In this document: positions 46,717 through 54,483 of the stretch, piece after piece
Layout: every line of letters begins with the position of its first letter
Position numbering within the stretch: the first letter of the stretch is position 1
Assembly: GCA_001786575.1 (NCBI GenBank)
Contig: MFRW01000005.1
Span: 23,581-87,580 of the forward strand
Direction: 5' to 3'
Source: Candidatus Moranbacteria bacterium RIFCSPHIGHO2_01_FULL_55_24
Lineage (GTDB): Bacteria; Patescibacteriota; Minisyncoccia; Moranbacterales; UBA1568
DNA length: 64,000 nt
Notes under the pieces: model-generated
Databases searched by the model: none
Told to the model about the DNA's origin: nothing
Seen by the model: only the letters and a program-made list of their open reading frames with translations
Program-made: the position numbers and the translations under genes

Positions 46717-47985
46717 CTAGAGCCGTTCCCGGGTTTCCTTTTCCAGGAGCATCCGCGTTTCTTCGAGAGAGAGCGTACCGAGAGATCCCCGGTCCCGATG
46801 CTCGACGGCGAGCGCGCTCGCTTCGACTTCCTTGTCGCCGATCACGAGAAGGTAGGGGATTTTCGCAAGCTTCGCATTTCGGACCCGCTTCCCGAGGGAT
46901 TCGTCGCTCTGGTCCAGTTCAGTGCGGATACCGGCGGTGCGAAGCTTCTTGTCTATGTCTTCTGCGAAGCCGCGATGCTTTTCTCCTATGGGGAGGATGA
47001 CTGCCTGCACCGGCGCGAGCCAGAGCGGGAAAGCTCCGGCATAGTGTTCGATCAGGAAGGCCATGACGCGCTCTACGGCACCGATAGATGAGCGGTGGAT
47101 GACAATCGGACGCTTCTCTTGGCCATCCGCATCGATGTAGGTGAGATCGAAGCGGTCCGGCATGCAGAAATCATACTGGACGGTGAATGCCGTGTTTTCT
47201 TTGCCGCGAGCGTCTTTCATCTGGATGTCGATTTTCGGCCCGTAAAAAGCAGCCTCTCCGGATGCTTCAGTAAAGGTGCCTTGGCGCTTCTTCAAGACTG
47301 AACGGAGCAAGGCTTCACCTTCGTCCCAGGCTGCATCGTTCTTGTAGTATTTTTTGTCGTCAGTCCTATCGCCCAGAGAGAGACGGTACCAGTAATCTTC
47401 TCCCAGCTTGAGCCCGAAGACGGAAGATATGTGTTCGATAAGATCGAGCGCGCCTCCGACTTCTTCGGCGGCTTGTTCTTTGTCTTTGCAGATAATGTGC
47501 GCATCGGCGAGACAGAAGCTGCGGACCCGGACGAGGCCGGACAGCTCGCCGGAGCCTTCATAGCGGTAGAGTTTGGCGAGCTCGGCGATCCGCATGGGAA
47601 GTTCCCGGTAGCTCCTCGGCCGGTCGAGGTAGAGCTGGAAGTGGTGCGGGCATGTCATGGGACGGAGCATGAACTCGTGCTCGTCGATCACGATCGGCGC
47701 ATACATCGAATCCTTGTAGTACGGGTAATGGCCGGAAGTCTTGTAGAGGTCGAGTTTGGCGATGTCCGGGGTATAGACATGACTGTACCCCCAGGCGATT
47801 TCGGTGTCGACGATGAAACGCTCTAAGATACGGCGGATCGTGGCGCCCTTCGGGAGCCAGAGAGGGAGGCCGGATCCGACCAGATCGGAGAATGTGAAAA
47901 GCTCGAGCTCTTTCCCGAGACGGCGATGGTCGTTCGGAGCGAGCGAATCAGCTTCTTCGAGTTTTTTCTCGTCATGAGAGGACAT
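46717..47985 (-). CDS. thrS: threonine--tRNA ligase, short form lacking the N-terminal TGS/editing domains
   Basis: DHRRLGKELELF, GLPLWLPKG, SGHYPYYKDSMY, LRPMTCPHH, class II motifs 2/3 (RVRSFCLADAHIIC), C-terminal anticodon-binding domain. Protein begins about 20 aa before the catalytic core. Confidence 0.85.
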   Translation of the reverse strand: MSSHDEKKLEEADSLAPNDHRRLGKELELFTFSDLVGSGLPLWLPKGATIRRILERFIVDTEIAWGYSHVYTPDIAKLDLYKTSGHYPYYKDSMYAPIVIDEHEFMLRPMTCPHHFQLYLDRPRSYRELPMRIAELAKLYRYEGSGELSGLVRVRSFCLADAHIICKDKEQAAEEVGGALDLIEHISSVFGLKLGEDYWYRLSLGDRTDDKKYYKNDAAWDEGEALLRSVLKKRQGTFTEASGEAAFYGPKIDIQMKDARGKENTAFTVQYDFCMPDRFDLTYIDADGQEKRPIVIHRSSIGAVERVMAFLIEHYAGAFPLWLAPVQAVILPIGEKHRGFAEDIDKKLRTAGIRTELDQSDESLGKRVRNAKLAKIPYLLVIGDKEVEASALAVEHRDRGSLGTLSLEETRMLLEKETRERL

Positions 47986-48013
47986 AAGTGTTCGGTCAGC
48001 GGATTATTCTGGA

Positions 48014-49423
48014 TTACTTCTTCGCGTCTACGGTCTGGAAGGTGAAGTTGAGGTCTTTCACGAGGTCGGTCTCGTAGTCGTAAGTCTTGCCTTTGGTGAT
48101 GACGTGAACTTTGGTCGGGATAGTGCCGACACCGGACTGCTTCTGGATGAGGAGAGTGTAGTTTTCCGGCTTGATAGTATCGGGGAGCTCGTATTTGAGC
48201 GTAGTGTGGACGTCGCTCTGGCCGATCTCTACGTCGACGAATCCGCCGAAGTACGTCTTGCCGAGATCTTCATTGGTGAGGACGGCATTGATCATGAAGC
48301 GTTCCAGGAATTTGGAGCCCTTCGGGACGAAGGCACGGAGATAGGTGTGATAGTCGCTGGTGCGCCAGTCGCCGTAGGGGGCGGTATTCTGGTAGGTCTG
48401 GACGACAGTCGCTATCGGCTTCTCGCCCGTGAAATCCACGGTGTACTCCAGCGAGCGCTTGATGTAGTAGTCGGTCTTGAGCGCGCCCATGTTGGCATCG
48501 ACGAGCATCAGGTAGTCGCCGTTCCAATCGGTCACGACAGACCCGTCCCAGTGCACGCTTTTCACGAGCGCTTGGAGATTCTCGTCCTTGAAGTGGAGCA
48601 TGACGTTCTTGTTGCGAAGCTCGGTCAGTCCCAGCTCGGCCACTTTGGGGATGTTCCCGATGGTGGCGAGGCGGCTTAGCATCTCGGCTGCGAGTTTCTT
48701 CATGATGGCCTTGCGGTTCTGCTTGAGTTCCGCTGGGACGTCTTCGCCTAGGTAGGACTTCTCAACGACCTCCTCGAGCTTCAGCGCTCCGCCCTCGCTT
48801 GAAAACGTCGTCGAATAGCCGGCCGGAGTGATCGGCCCGGTCAATCCCAAGAGATGGTCGAAAACATCGCTGTTGACCGCGATAGTGCCGTCGAATTGTT
48901 CCCGGCCGCCGGCGAGACGGTAGAAGTACTCGGCCTTCTCCGCATTCGTAGGGAAATCCGGAGAGAAATTGGAGTCGCGGAATTTCCATTTCTTCAGCTG
49001 CATCTTGCGGGTGAAGGGATAGGGAGGAGTAATCTTCGCTTCGATGCGCTGATCGAGGAGGTTGGCGTCTTCGACCAAGTGGTAGATGACTTCGCCGTTC
49101 TTGATCTTGATGACGGCGTATTGGCCGAGGAAACCGCCGCCCGGCCGCAGCTCGTAGTTGTTCTGAAGCATCACCAGGTACGTGCGGGTGACATCGTCTT
49201 TCTTGGTCAGCTCGGAAACCAGCTTGTCGATCACCTCTATCTCCTTCTTCGTGTCCGGGGAAATCGGGAGGAGCTGGGAGACTTTCTGGAAGAGATTCAG
49301 TCCGCCTGCGGCGAATTCCGTCTTATGGCTTTTGGCATAGAAAAAGAACGAGACACCGGCCACGATGAGAGCGGCAACGATGCCTAGCACAATAAGGCGT
49401 TTCTTCGTGAAAAACGATTGCAT
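48014..49423 (-). CDS. DUF4012-family membrane-anchored extracytoplasmic protein
   Basis: N-terminal TM (LIVLGIVAALIVAGVSFFFY). Signature LVMLQNNYELRPGGGFLGQYAVIKIKNGEV. Start trimmed to ATG 49423 to avoid tRNA-Gly. Confidence 0.55.
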   Translation of the reverse strand: MQSFFTKKRLIVLGIVAALIVAGVSFFFYAKSHKTEFAAGGLNLFQKVSQLLPISPDTKKEIEVIDKLVSELTKKDDVTRTYLVMLQNNYELRPGGGFLGQYAVIKIKNGEVIYHLVEDANLLDQRIEAKITPPYPFTRKMQLKKWKFRDSNFSPDFPTNAEKAEYFYRLAGGREQFDGTIAVNSDVFDHLLGLTGPITPAGYSTTFSSEGGALKLEEVVEKSYLGEDVPAELKQNRKAIMKKLAAEMLSRLATIGNIPKVAELGLTELRNKNVMLHFKDENLQALVKSVHWDGSVVTDWNGDYLMLVDANMGALKTDYYIKRSLEYTVDFTGEKPIATVVQTYQNTAPYGDWRTSDYHTYLRAFVPKGSKFLERFMINAVLTNEDLGKTYFGGFVDVEIGQSDVHTTLKYELPDTIKPENYTLLIQKQSGVGTIPTKVHVITKGKTYDYETDLVKDLNFTFQTVDAKK

Positions 49424-49535
49424 GAAAGTATGACAAGAAAAATTATACTTTTCAATCCTACCAAATTTCCCCGTCATTGGAAAGCTTTGCGAAGAAAGTT
49501 TTTTGGAGTACAATGGCTTCAATAAAGGAAGGAAT

Positions 49536-49606
49536 GCGGAATTAGTACAATGGCAGTACACTAGCTTCCCAAGCTAGGGACGCGAGTTCGATTCTCGTAT
49601 TCCGCT
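49536..49606 (+). tRNA. tRNA-Gly (anticodon CCC)
   Basis: GCGGAAT acceptor. Anticodon stem CTAGC, loop TTCCCAA, GCTAG. GTTCGATTC T-loop. ATTCCGC 3' acceptor. Confidence 0.75.
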
Positions 49607-49702
49607 CAAGGTTTTCGGGTTCTCCGCCTGCAGCGCTCTGCGTAGCAGCGCGGGCAGGGGTTCCCGTTACCCGCTCTATAATTCGTTATCTTACATAAGG
49701 CT

Positions 49703-50401
49703 ATGAACAGCACCGCTCTCATCAAAAGCGCTTGGGAGACCTTGAAGAAGCATATTTTTTTCGTGTGGATAGTCTTGGGAATCACCTGGGGCATCTCGCT
49801 TTTCTTCAGTCTTTTGGAAAAGAACTTCCAACACTCGGCGCTTGAGCCGTTCTTCGGGATACTCTCGTTCTTCGCCATGTTCTTTCTTCAGCTGGGATCG
49901 ATCCATATGTTCCTCCATCTGGTACGGACCGGCGAGGAACTGTCGCTGGAGCATCTCTTCTCGCAGAGAGAGATTTTCTGGAGGGCAATTCTCTCGAACA
50001 TCCTCTATTATCTGATGGTGATTATCGGTTTGATTTTCCTCATCGTTCCCGGCATTTACCTCGGCCTTCGCTACTATTTCCTCTCATACGTCTTCGTGGA
50101 CAAGAAAACCTCTATCGGAGAAGCGTTTTCCCAGAGCAGCAAATTGACAGAGGGGAAGAAGTGGGATCTGTTCGGTTTCTTCCTGCTGCTCATCGCCTTG
50201 AATATCTTGGGAGCACTTCTCTTTCTCGTGGGTCTCGTCGTGACCATCCCGCTTACCACGCTTGCGATCGTCTACGCCTATGTTTCTCTGGCTGGCGGAC
50301 CGAAAGAAGAGGAAAAGGTAGAAGAGGCCGAGCCGGCACCGAAAGAAGAAGTACTGCCAGAAGAGCCGGGAATAGGGCTCGAGTCGCCGGTGAAGATCTA
50401 A
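49703..50401 (+). CDS. hypothetical polytopic membrane protein with acidic C-terminal tail
   Basis: 5-6 TM helices (IFFVWIVLGITWGISLFFSLL...). C-terminal EEEKVEEAEPAPKEEVLPEE. Confidence 0.45.
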   Translation: MNSTALIKSAWETLKKHIFFVWIVLGITWGISLFFSLLEKNFQHSALEPFFGILSFFAMFFLQLGSIHMFLHLVRTGEELSLEHLFSQREIFWRAILSNILYYLMVIIGLIFLIVPGIYLGLRYYFLSYVFVDKKTSIGEAFSQSSKLTEGKKWDLFGFFLLLIALNILGALLFLVGLVVTIPLTTLAIVYAYVSLAGGPKEEEKVEEAEPAPKEEVLPEEPGIGLESPVKI

Positions 50402-52317
50402 CGGGTTTCGAGGCGGTTTATCAGAGCATTGAGCCTTTCATTGAGCGCTTCCAGAAGGAAACTTCCGGGAGCGCTTTTTGCATGTTCCACATCTGATACT
50501 CTTTCTGCCGCTTCCGGCTGATAGGAAACACCTTGAGGAAGCTTGAGGCCTGTACCGGAGGAGAGAAGCGCTTCAGGATTTTTGGTCCGGAACGGGTCGA
50601 TCTCTATCCGGAGCACCGGTTCCATTTCTGGGGATTCTGCCGCTACTCCGAGGACGGCGCTCGTGAAACTTTCCTCGGAATCTTCAAGGCTTTCCTCCTG
50701 GGTCTCTTCAGTTGCTGCGAGCCGGACAGCATCCGAAGCGGCTCCCTTCTGCCAGCTCCAGCGTTTCTCGGCGTCTTTCACATATACGATACCTTCTTCG
50801 ATATTCTTTGCGGATGCGTAGCGTACCTTGTCTATGGTTTCGCCATTCGGTGCGCGGAGTTCGACACGACCTTTCTTGTTGGGGAGGGTAAAGAGAGCTG
50901 TTTCTCTGGTGAGGGTGATCTCGCTTTTCGGGCTGATGACGATATCCTCGCGGATAGGGTGATTCACGATTTTTTTCGAACTCGCTCCGGTCGCGATGCC
51001 GAAGCCTTTGAGATTCACCGATTTCTTCTCTTTGTTCTCTACGCGGAGCCATTCATTCTCGCTGTCCTTTCCTTCCGGGTTGGGGGCGATGGCGGTCAGG
51101 CGGAGCTTCGGCGGATCATAGGTTCCGATTTCTAGAGGGAACATCTCGACGGTCTCGTCCTGGCCATCGGAAACGGACAATCGGACCAGATAAGCGCCTT
51201 TTTTCTCGTACCTGTGTTCGGTTTTTTCTTTGTAGCTTTTGCGGCCATCTCCGAAATCCCAGACAACATTGAGCTTCCCTTCGTCAGGATCCTCGGCGCG
51301 CGCATCGAAGAGTACCGGGATATCCACGTATCCTTTCCGCGGTACTTTCTCATGGGTTTCCGGAAGCGCGTTGTACCGGTTCGGCGCACCGGGCGTCGGG
51401 GTCCCTCCGCGCCAGCTTCCATCGAGGAAATTCAGGGAAACGCCTGCTCTGGTTTTCGTGTAAGCCATCCGATCAATCGGGTTTCCTGCCGGATCCGAGA
51501 GTAGGACGGTCTCATTGCTGTTATTCAAAGCGAAGGAGAAGTCTTTGCGCCAAATGACGAGGTAGCGCCCCGGTTCAAGTACGCTCCCGCTCGGGAAAAC
51601 ATACTTGCCGGTTTTGGAAGCGTCCTTCAGGGTAAAGCCCGAAAGGTCGAGAGGAGCTTCGCTCGCAGAGTAGAGCTCGATGAATTCTTGCGAGCCCTCG
51701 TCTCCTTCCGGATCAGGAAGGATTTCGTTGATCCGGATGCCGGAGACATCTTGCGGTGCGGAAGGAATATCCTCCGGATCTTCCGGAGGGCAGCCGGAGC
51801 TTCCGGCGGGGGTCGGCGTACTCGAGAGGGACCAATCGAGCGTTTCGCGGTTACGGACGAGACTCTGGTTCGCGAGCGGGTTCGGCAGCGGCGCGTCTTT
51901 TCCCCAGGCCAGGGAATCGACGAGGGCCCCGCCTGATTTCTCCGGAGCGAAAAGAAGGAGAGCATAGTCTGAAGAGAGTGTCGCGCCGGTCGCAGTATCG
52001 GCAAGCGGGGCGAAGACTCCTTTGCTATTGGCCCAGAGGAAATATCCGCCGGGAGGGACGCAACTTCCCGCATCGAATACCTTGATGGAATTCTCGGTAC
52101 CCTTGCTGTTCCGAGAACGGAGGCGGAATCCGGATATATCCGCAGCCGCTTCATTCGGATTATGAAGCTCGACGAAGTCATCGTCGCTCTTGCCTTGGCC
52201 TCCGGTTATATGGACTTCAGAGATGATTACGGGATTTCCGGCTGTGGCTGCTTGCGGCAGAAAGAAAAAAAGCAAAAAGAAGAAGATGTCCCTCCGCATA
52301 CGTTTATTTTTCATCAT
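50398..52317 (-). CDS. secreted protein with three lamin-tail (LTD) domains and a PKD domain
   Basis: Signal peptide MMKNKRMRRDIFFFLLFFFLPQAATAG. LTD-like blocks (IISEVHITGG...DDFVELHNPNEAAADISGFRL; IRINEILPDPEGDEGSQEFIELYSASEAPLDLSGFTL; LRLTAIAPNPEGKDSENEWLRVENKEKKSVNLKGFGI). PKD-like VVWDFGDGRKSYKEKTEHRYEKKGAYLVRLSVSDG. Confidence 0.55.
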   Translation of the reverse strand: MMKNKRMRRDIFFFLLFFFLPQAATAGNPVIISEVHITGGQGKSDDDFVELHNPNEAAADISGFRLRSRNSKGTENSIKVFDAGSCVPPGGYFLWANSKGVFAPLADTATGATLSSDYALLLFAPEKSGGALVDSLAWGKDAPLPNPLANQSLVRNRETLDWSLSSTPTPAGSSGCPPEDPEDIPSAPQDVSGIRINEILPDPEGDEGSQEFIELYSASEAPLDLSGFTLKDASKTGKYVFPSGSVLEPGRYLVIWRKDFSFALNNSNETVLLSDPAGNPIDRMAYTKTRAGVSLNFLDGSWRGGTPTPGAPNRYNALPETHEKVPRKGYVDIPVLFDARAEDPDEGKLNVVWDFGDGRKSYKEKTEHRYEKKGAYLVRLSVSDGQDETVEMFPLEIGTYDPPKLRLTAIAPNPEGKDSENEWLRVENKEKKSVNLKGFGIATGASSKKIVNHPIREDIVISPKSEITLTRETALFTLPNKKGRVELRAPNGETIDKVRYASAKNIEEGIVYVKDAEKRWSWQKGAASDAVRLAATEETQEESLEDSEESFTSAVLGVAAESPEMEPVLRIEIDPFRTKNPEALLSSGTGLKLPQGVSYQPEAAERVSDVEHAKSAPGSFLLEALNERLNALINRLETR

Positions 52318-52402
52318 AATAGCGCAAAGACGCTGAAAAAGCTTGCTTTGAAGCCAATTTTATGCTATTATAGGTATGTGAAGCTCTTAACAAAGCGGAA
52401 AT

Positions 52403-52744
52403 ATGCCGATTTTCGGTAAAAAGAAAAACGAAGAGACAGAAGAGGGAAGCGCCCTCGGCAAACTCCTTATCGGGGTTGTCACGACGTTCTTCTTCGGCCG
52501 CATCAGCAGTTTCTTCGCAGAGCTTCTGGAAACCGCGAAGGATGTGACGGATGAGTATATCCGTCGTCTCGTACGCAGTCTCACCCTTGCGATCGCCGCA
52601 TTGACCGGAGTCGTCTTCCTCTTGATCGGCGTCGCGCAGTACTTGAGCAGCCTCTATAGGCAGCCGGGAAGCGGTGAGATGATCGTCGGGGTGACGCTCC
52701 TCCTCATCTCGCTCGTATGGTTCTCCATTCCGGGAAGAAAATAA
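52403..52744 (+). CDS. small 3-TM membrane protein (holin-like topology)
   Basis: 113 aa with a charged N-terminus, then three hydrophobic helices. Confidence 0.35.
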   Translation: MPIFGKKKNEETEEGSALGKLLIGVVTTFFFGRISSFFAELLETAKDVTDEYIRRLVRSLTLAIAALTGVVFLLIGVAQYLSSLYRQPGSGEMIVGVTLLLISLVWFSIPGRK

Positions 52745-52777
52745 GTAAAAATAATAATTTCATAATAGAAAAGCGTT

Positions 52778-53029
52778 ATGGCTATTCTGGGAAAGGCGAC
52801 AGCTAAAGAAGTGAAGGACAAGGTGGCTTCTGAAATCGAGAAGAACAAGGCGAAGGCCGAAAAGGAAATCGCAAAAGTACGGAAACAAGTCGAGGCAACT
52901 ATCAAGAAGACCGACGACTATATCAAAAAGAACCCGGAAAAAGCCGCTCTCATCTCGGCTGGTATCGGCGCCGCGCTCGGTGCTGCGACCGCTCTCCTTC
53001 TCGGAGGCAATAACAAGAAGAAGCGCTAA
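52778..53029 (+). CDS. small coiled-coil protein with C-terminal TM anchor (DUF883/YqjD-ElaB-like)
   Basis: K/E-rich helix followed by ALISAGIGAALGAATALLLGG. Confidence 0.4.
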   Translation: MAILGKATAKEVKDKVASEIEKNKAKAEKEIAKVRKQVEATIKKTDDYIKKNPEKAALISAGIGAALGAATALLLGGNNKKKR

Positions 53030-53097
53030 ACATCCTCTGATTTTCTCAAACCCCCTCATAAACCAGGGGGTTTTCTTTTTCGCGGTATACTAGGGAT

Positions 53098-53865
53098 ATG
53101 CAAAAGAAAGTTACTGTCATTCTCGGAAGCGTCGTTTCTCTCGCCGTTCTTGCGGCGGGCGGCTTCTTTCTCTTCTCCGGTGCGCGGCAAGGGAAGGCGC
53201 TGGTCTATGAGAATACTTCTGGAGGCTTGGAAACAGAGGTCGCAGAAGCGGAAGACAGCGGAGCGGAAGAGGAGAAGGCTCTGCCTGCGGAAGCAGTAGA
53301 ATCAGTTTCGAAAAAAGATGAGGCGAAGACCGAAGAAAGCGCGCCGCCTTCAGTTGAGGAAAACGTAAAGGAAACGCAGCCGGCTTCCCGAAATGGGGCC
53401 AAACCGTCCATTACTGACCGCCTTATGCATTCCGGGTTTTCTTCGAAAAGCGGCCGCTCGATCGATACGATCGTCCTTCATTCCTCGTATGACGCGCTCG
53501 GGAATGACCCGTATTCGGTGTCGGGGCTCATCAAGGAATATGAAGAGTACGGCGTGAGCGCGCATTACCTCGTTGATCGCAAGGGGAACATCTACCGGCT
53601 GGTGAAGGAGGAGAACGTCAGCTATCATGCGGGCGTGAGCAAGATGTCAGATGGCCGGACCGATGTGAACGGCTTCTCGCTCGGGATCGAGCTCATGAAC
53701 CAGATGGACGGGAATTACACGGATGCCCAGTATCAGGCGGTAAACAGGCTGGTCGCCTGGCTCAAAAGCGAGTATCCGATACGGCATGTGGTCGGGCATG
53801 ATGATATCGCGCCGGACAGAAAGAGTGATCCGTGGAATTTCGATTGGAAGAAACTGAAGAAATAA
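53098..53865 (+). CDS. membrane-anchored N-acetylmuramoyl-L-alanine amidase (Amidase_2/PGRP fold)
   Basis: N-terminal TM, low-complexity acidic linker, then DTIVLHSSYD...SAHYLVDRKGNIYRLVKEENVSYHAGVS...FSLGIELMN...AVNRLVAWLKSEYPIRHVVGHDDIAPDRKSDPW. Confidence 0.8.
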   Translation: MQKKVTVILGSVVSLAVLAAGGFFLFSGARQGKALVYENTSGGLETEVAEAEDSGAEEEKALPAEAVESVSKKDEAKTEESAPPSVEENVKETQPASRNGAKPSITDRLMHSGFSSKSGRSIDTIVLHSSYDALGNDPYSVSGLIKEYEEYGVSAHYLVDRKGNIYRLVKEENVSYHAGVSKMSDGRTDVNGFSLGIELMNQMDGNYTDAQYQAVNRLVAWLKSEYPIRHVVGHDDIAPDRKSDPWNFDWKKLKK

Positions 53866-53866
53866 T

Positions 53867-54175
53867 ATGGCTTATATTTTCGAACTTTCCGTAAATCAGG
53901 ATCGCTCCAGTCTCGAGCTCGTGCAGGACGGAGAGAGCGTGGCCCGGAGGGAATGGAAGGAAGAACGCGACATGGGGCGACAGCTCCTGGAAGCGCTCCA
54001 GGGCATCTTGGAAGAGACTGGTATCGCTCCGGACCAGGTAGAGACATTCCGGATAAGCGGGGAAACCCCCGAGAACTTCACTTCGCGGCGTATTGCCGAA
54101 ACGGTCGCCCGGGTGTATACTTTCGCTGTGACATCCAAAGAATCCGCCGGAAGTCCAAAACCCGAAGGCACGTGA
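53867..54175 (+). CDS. hypothetical 102-aa protein; weak resemblance to the N-terminal part of TsaB/YeaZ
   Basis: Start overlaps the amidase stop (TAATATGG). MAYIFELSVNQDRSSLELVQDGESV...LLEALQGILEETGIAPDQVETFRIS...FTSRRIAETVARVY is reminiscent of TsaB but is about half its length. Confidence 0.3.
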   Translation: MAYIFELSVNQDRSSLELVQDGESVARREWKEERDMGRQLLEALQGILEETGIAPDQVETFRISGETPENFTSRRIAETVARVYTFAVTSKESAGSPKPEGT

Positions 54176-54243
54176 TGTTTCACCCTCTATAAAAAGAAAA
54201 AAATCCCCAAAAAAGCGTAACAGCTTTGTTTTTTGCATTACAT

Positions 54244-54272
54244 TTGACAAGCTTGACAAGGGCTGTTACAAT
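54244..54272 (+). promoter_or_regulatory. consensus sigma70 promoter TTGACA-17nt-TACAAT (with TGn extended -10) about 210 nt upstream of rpoB
   Basis: -35 TTGACA at 54244-54249. A second TTGACA at 54253. TGtTACAAT at 54264-54272. Confidence 0.55.
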
Positions 54273-54483
54273 CCCAACACTTGTTTTGAAGAAGTGGCTG
54301 ACTTTTGGAAGCATCCGGAGCGCTCTCTACTCCTGTCCCTGTCCTCCGAAAGCTAATATTTTCCAAGCAGAATGGAGCGAAACTTCGCCCAGAGAACAAT
54401 TAAATAGTTTATCCGGTAATCTCACGGACCCTACTTGTTTCAATCTTGGCTGAAGCAAGGAGTGCACATGTGAGTGTCTTTTT

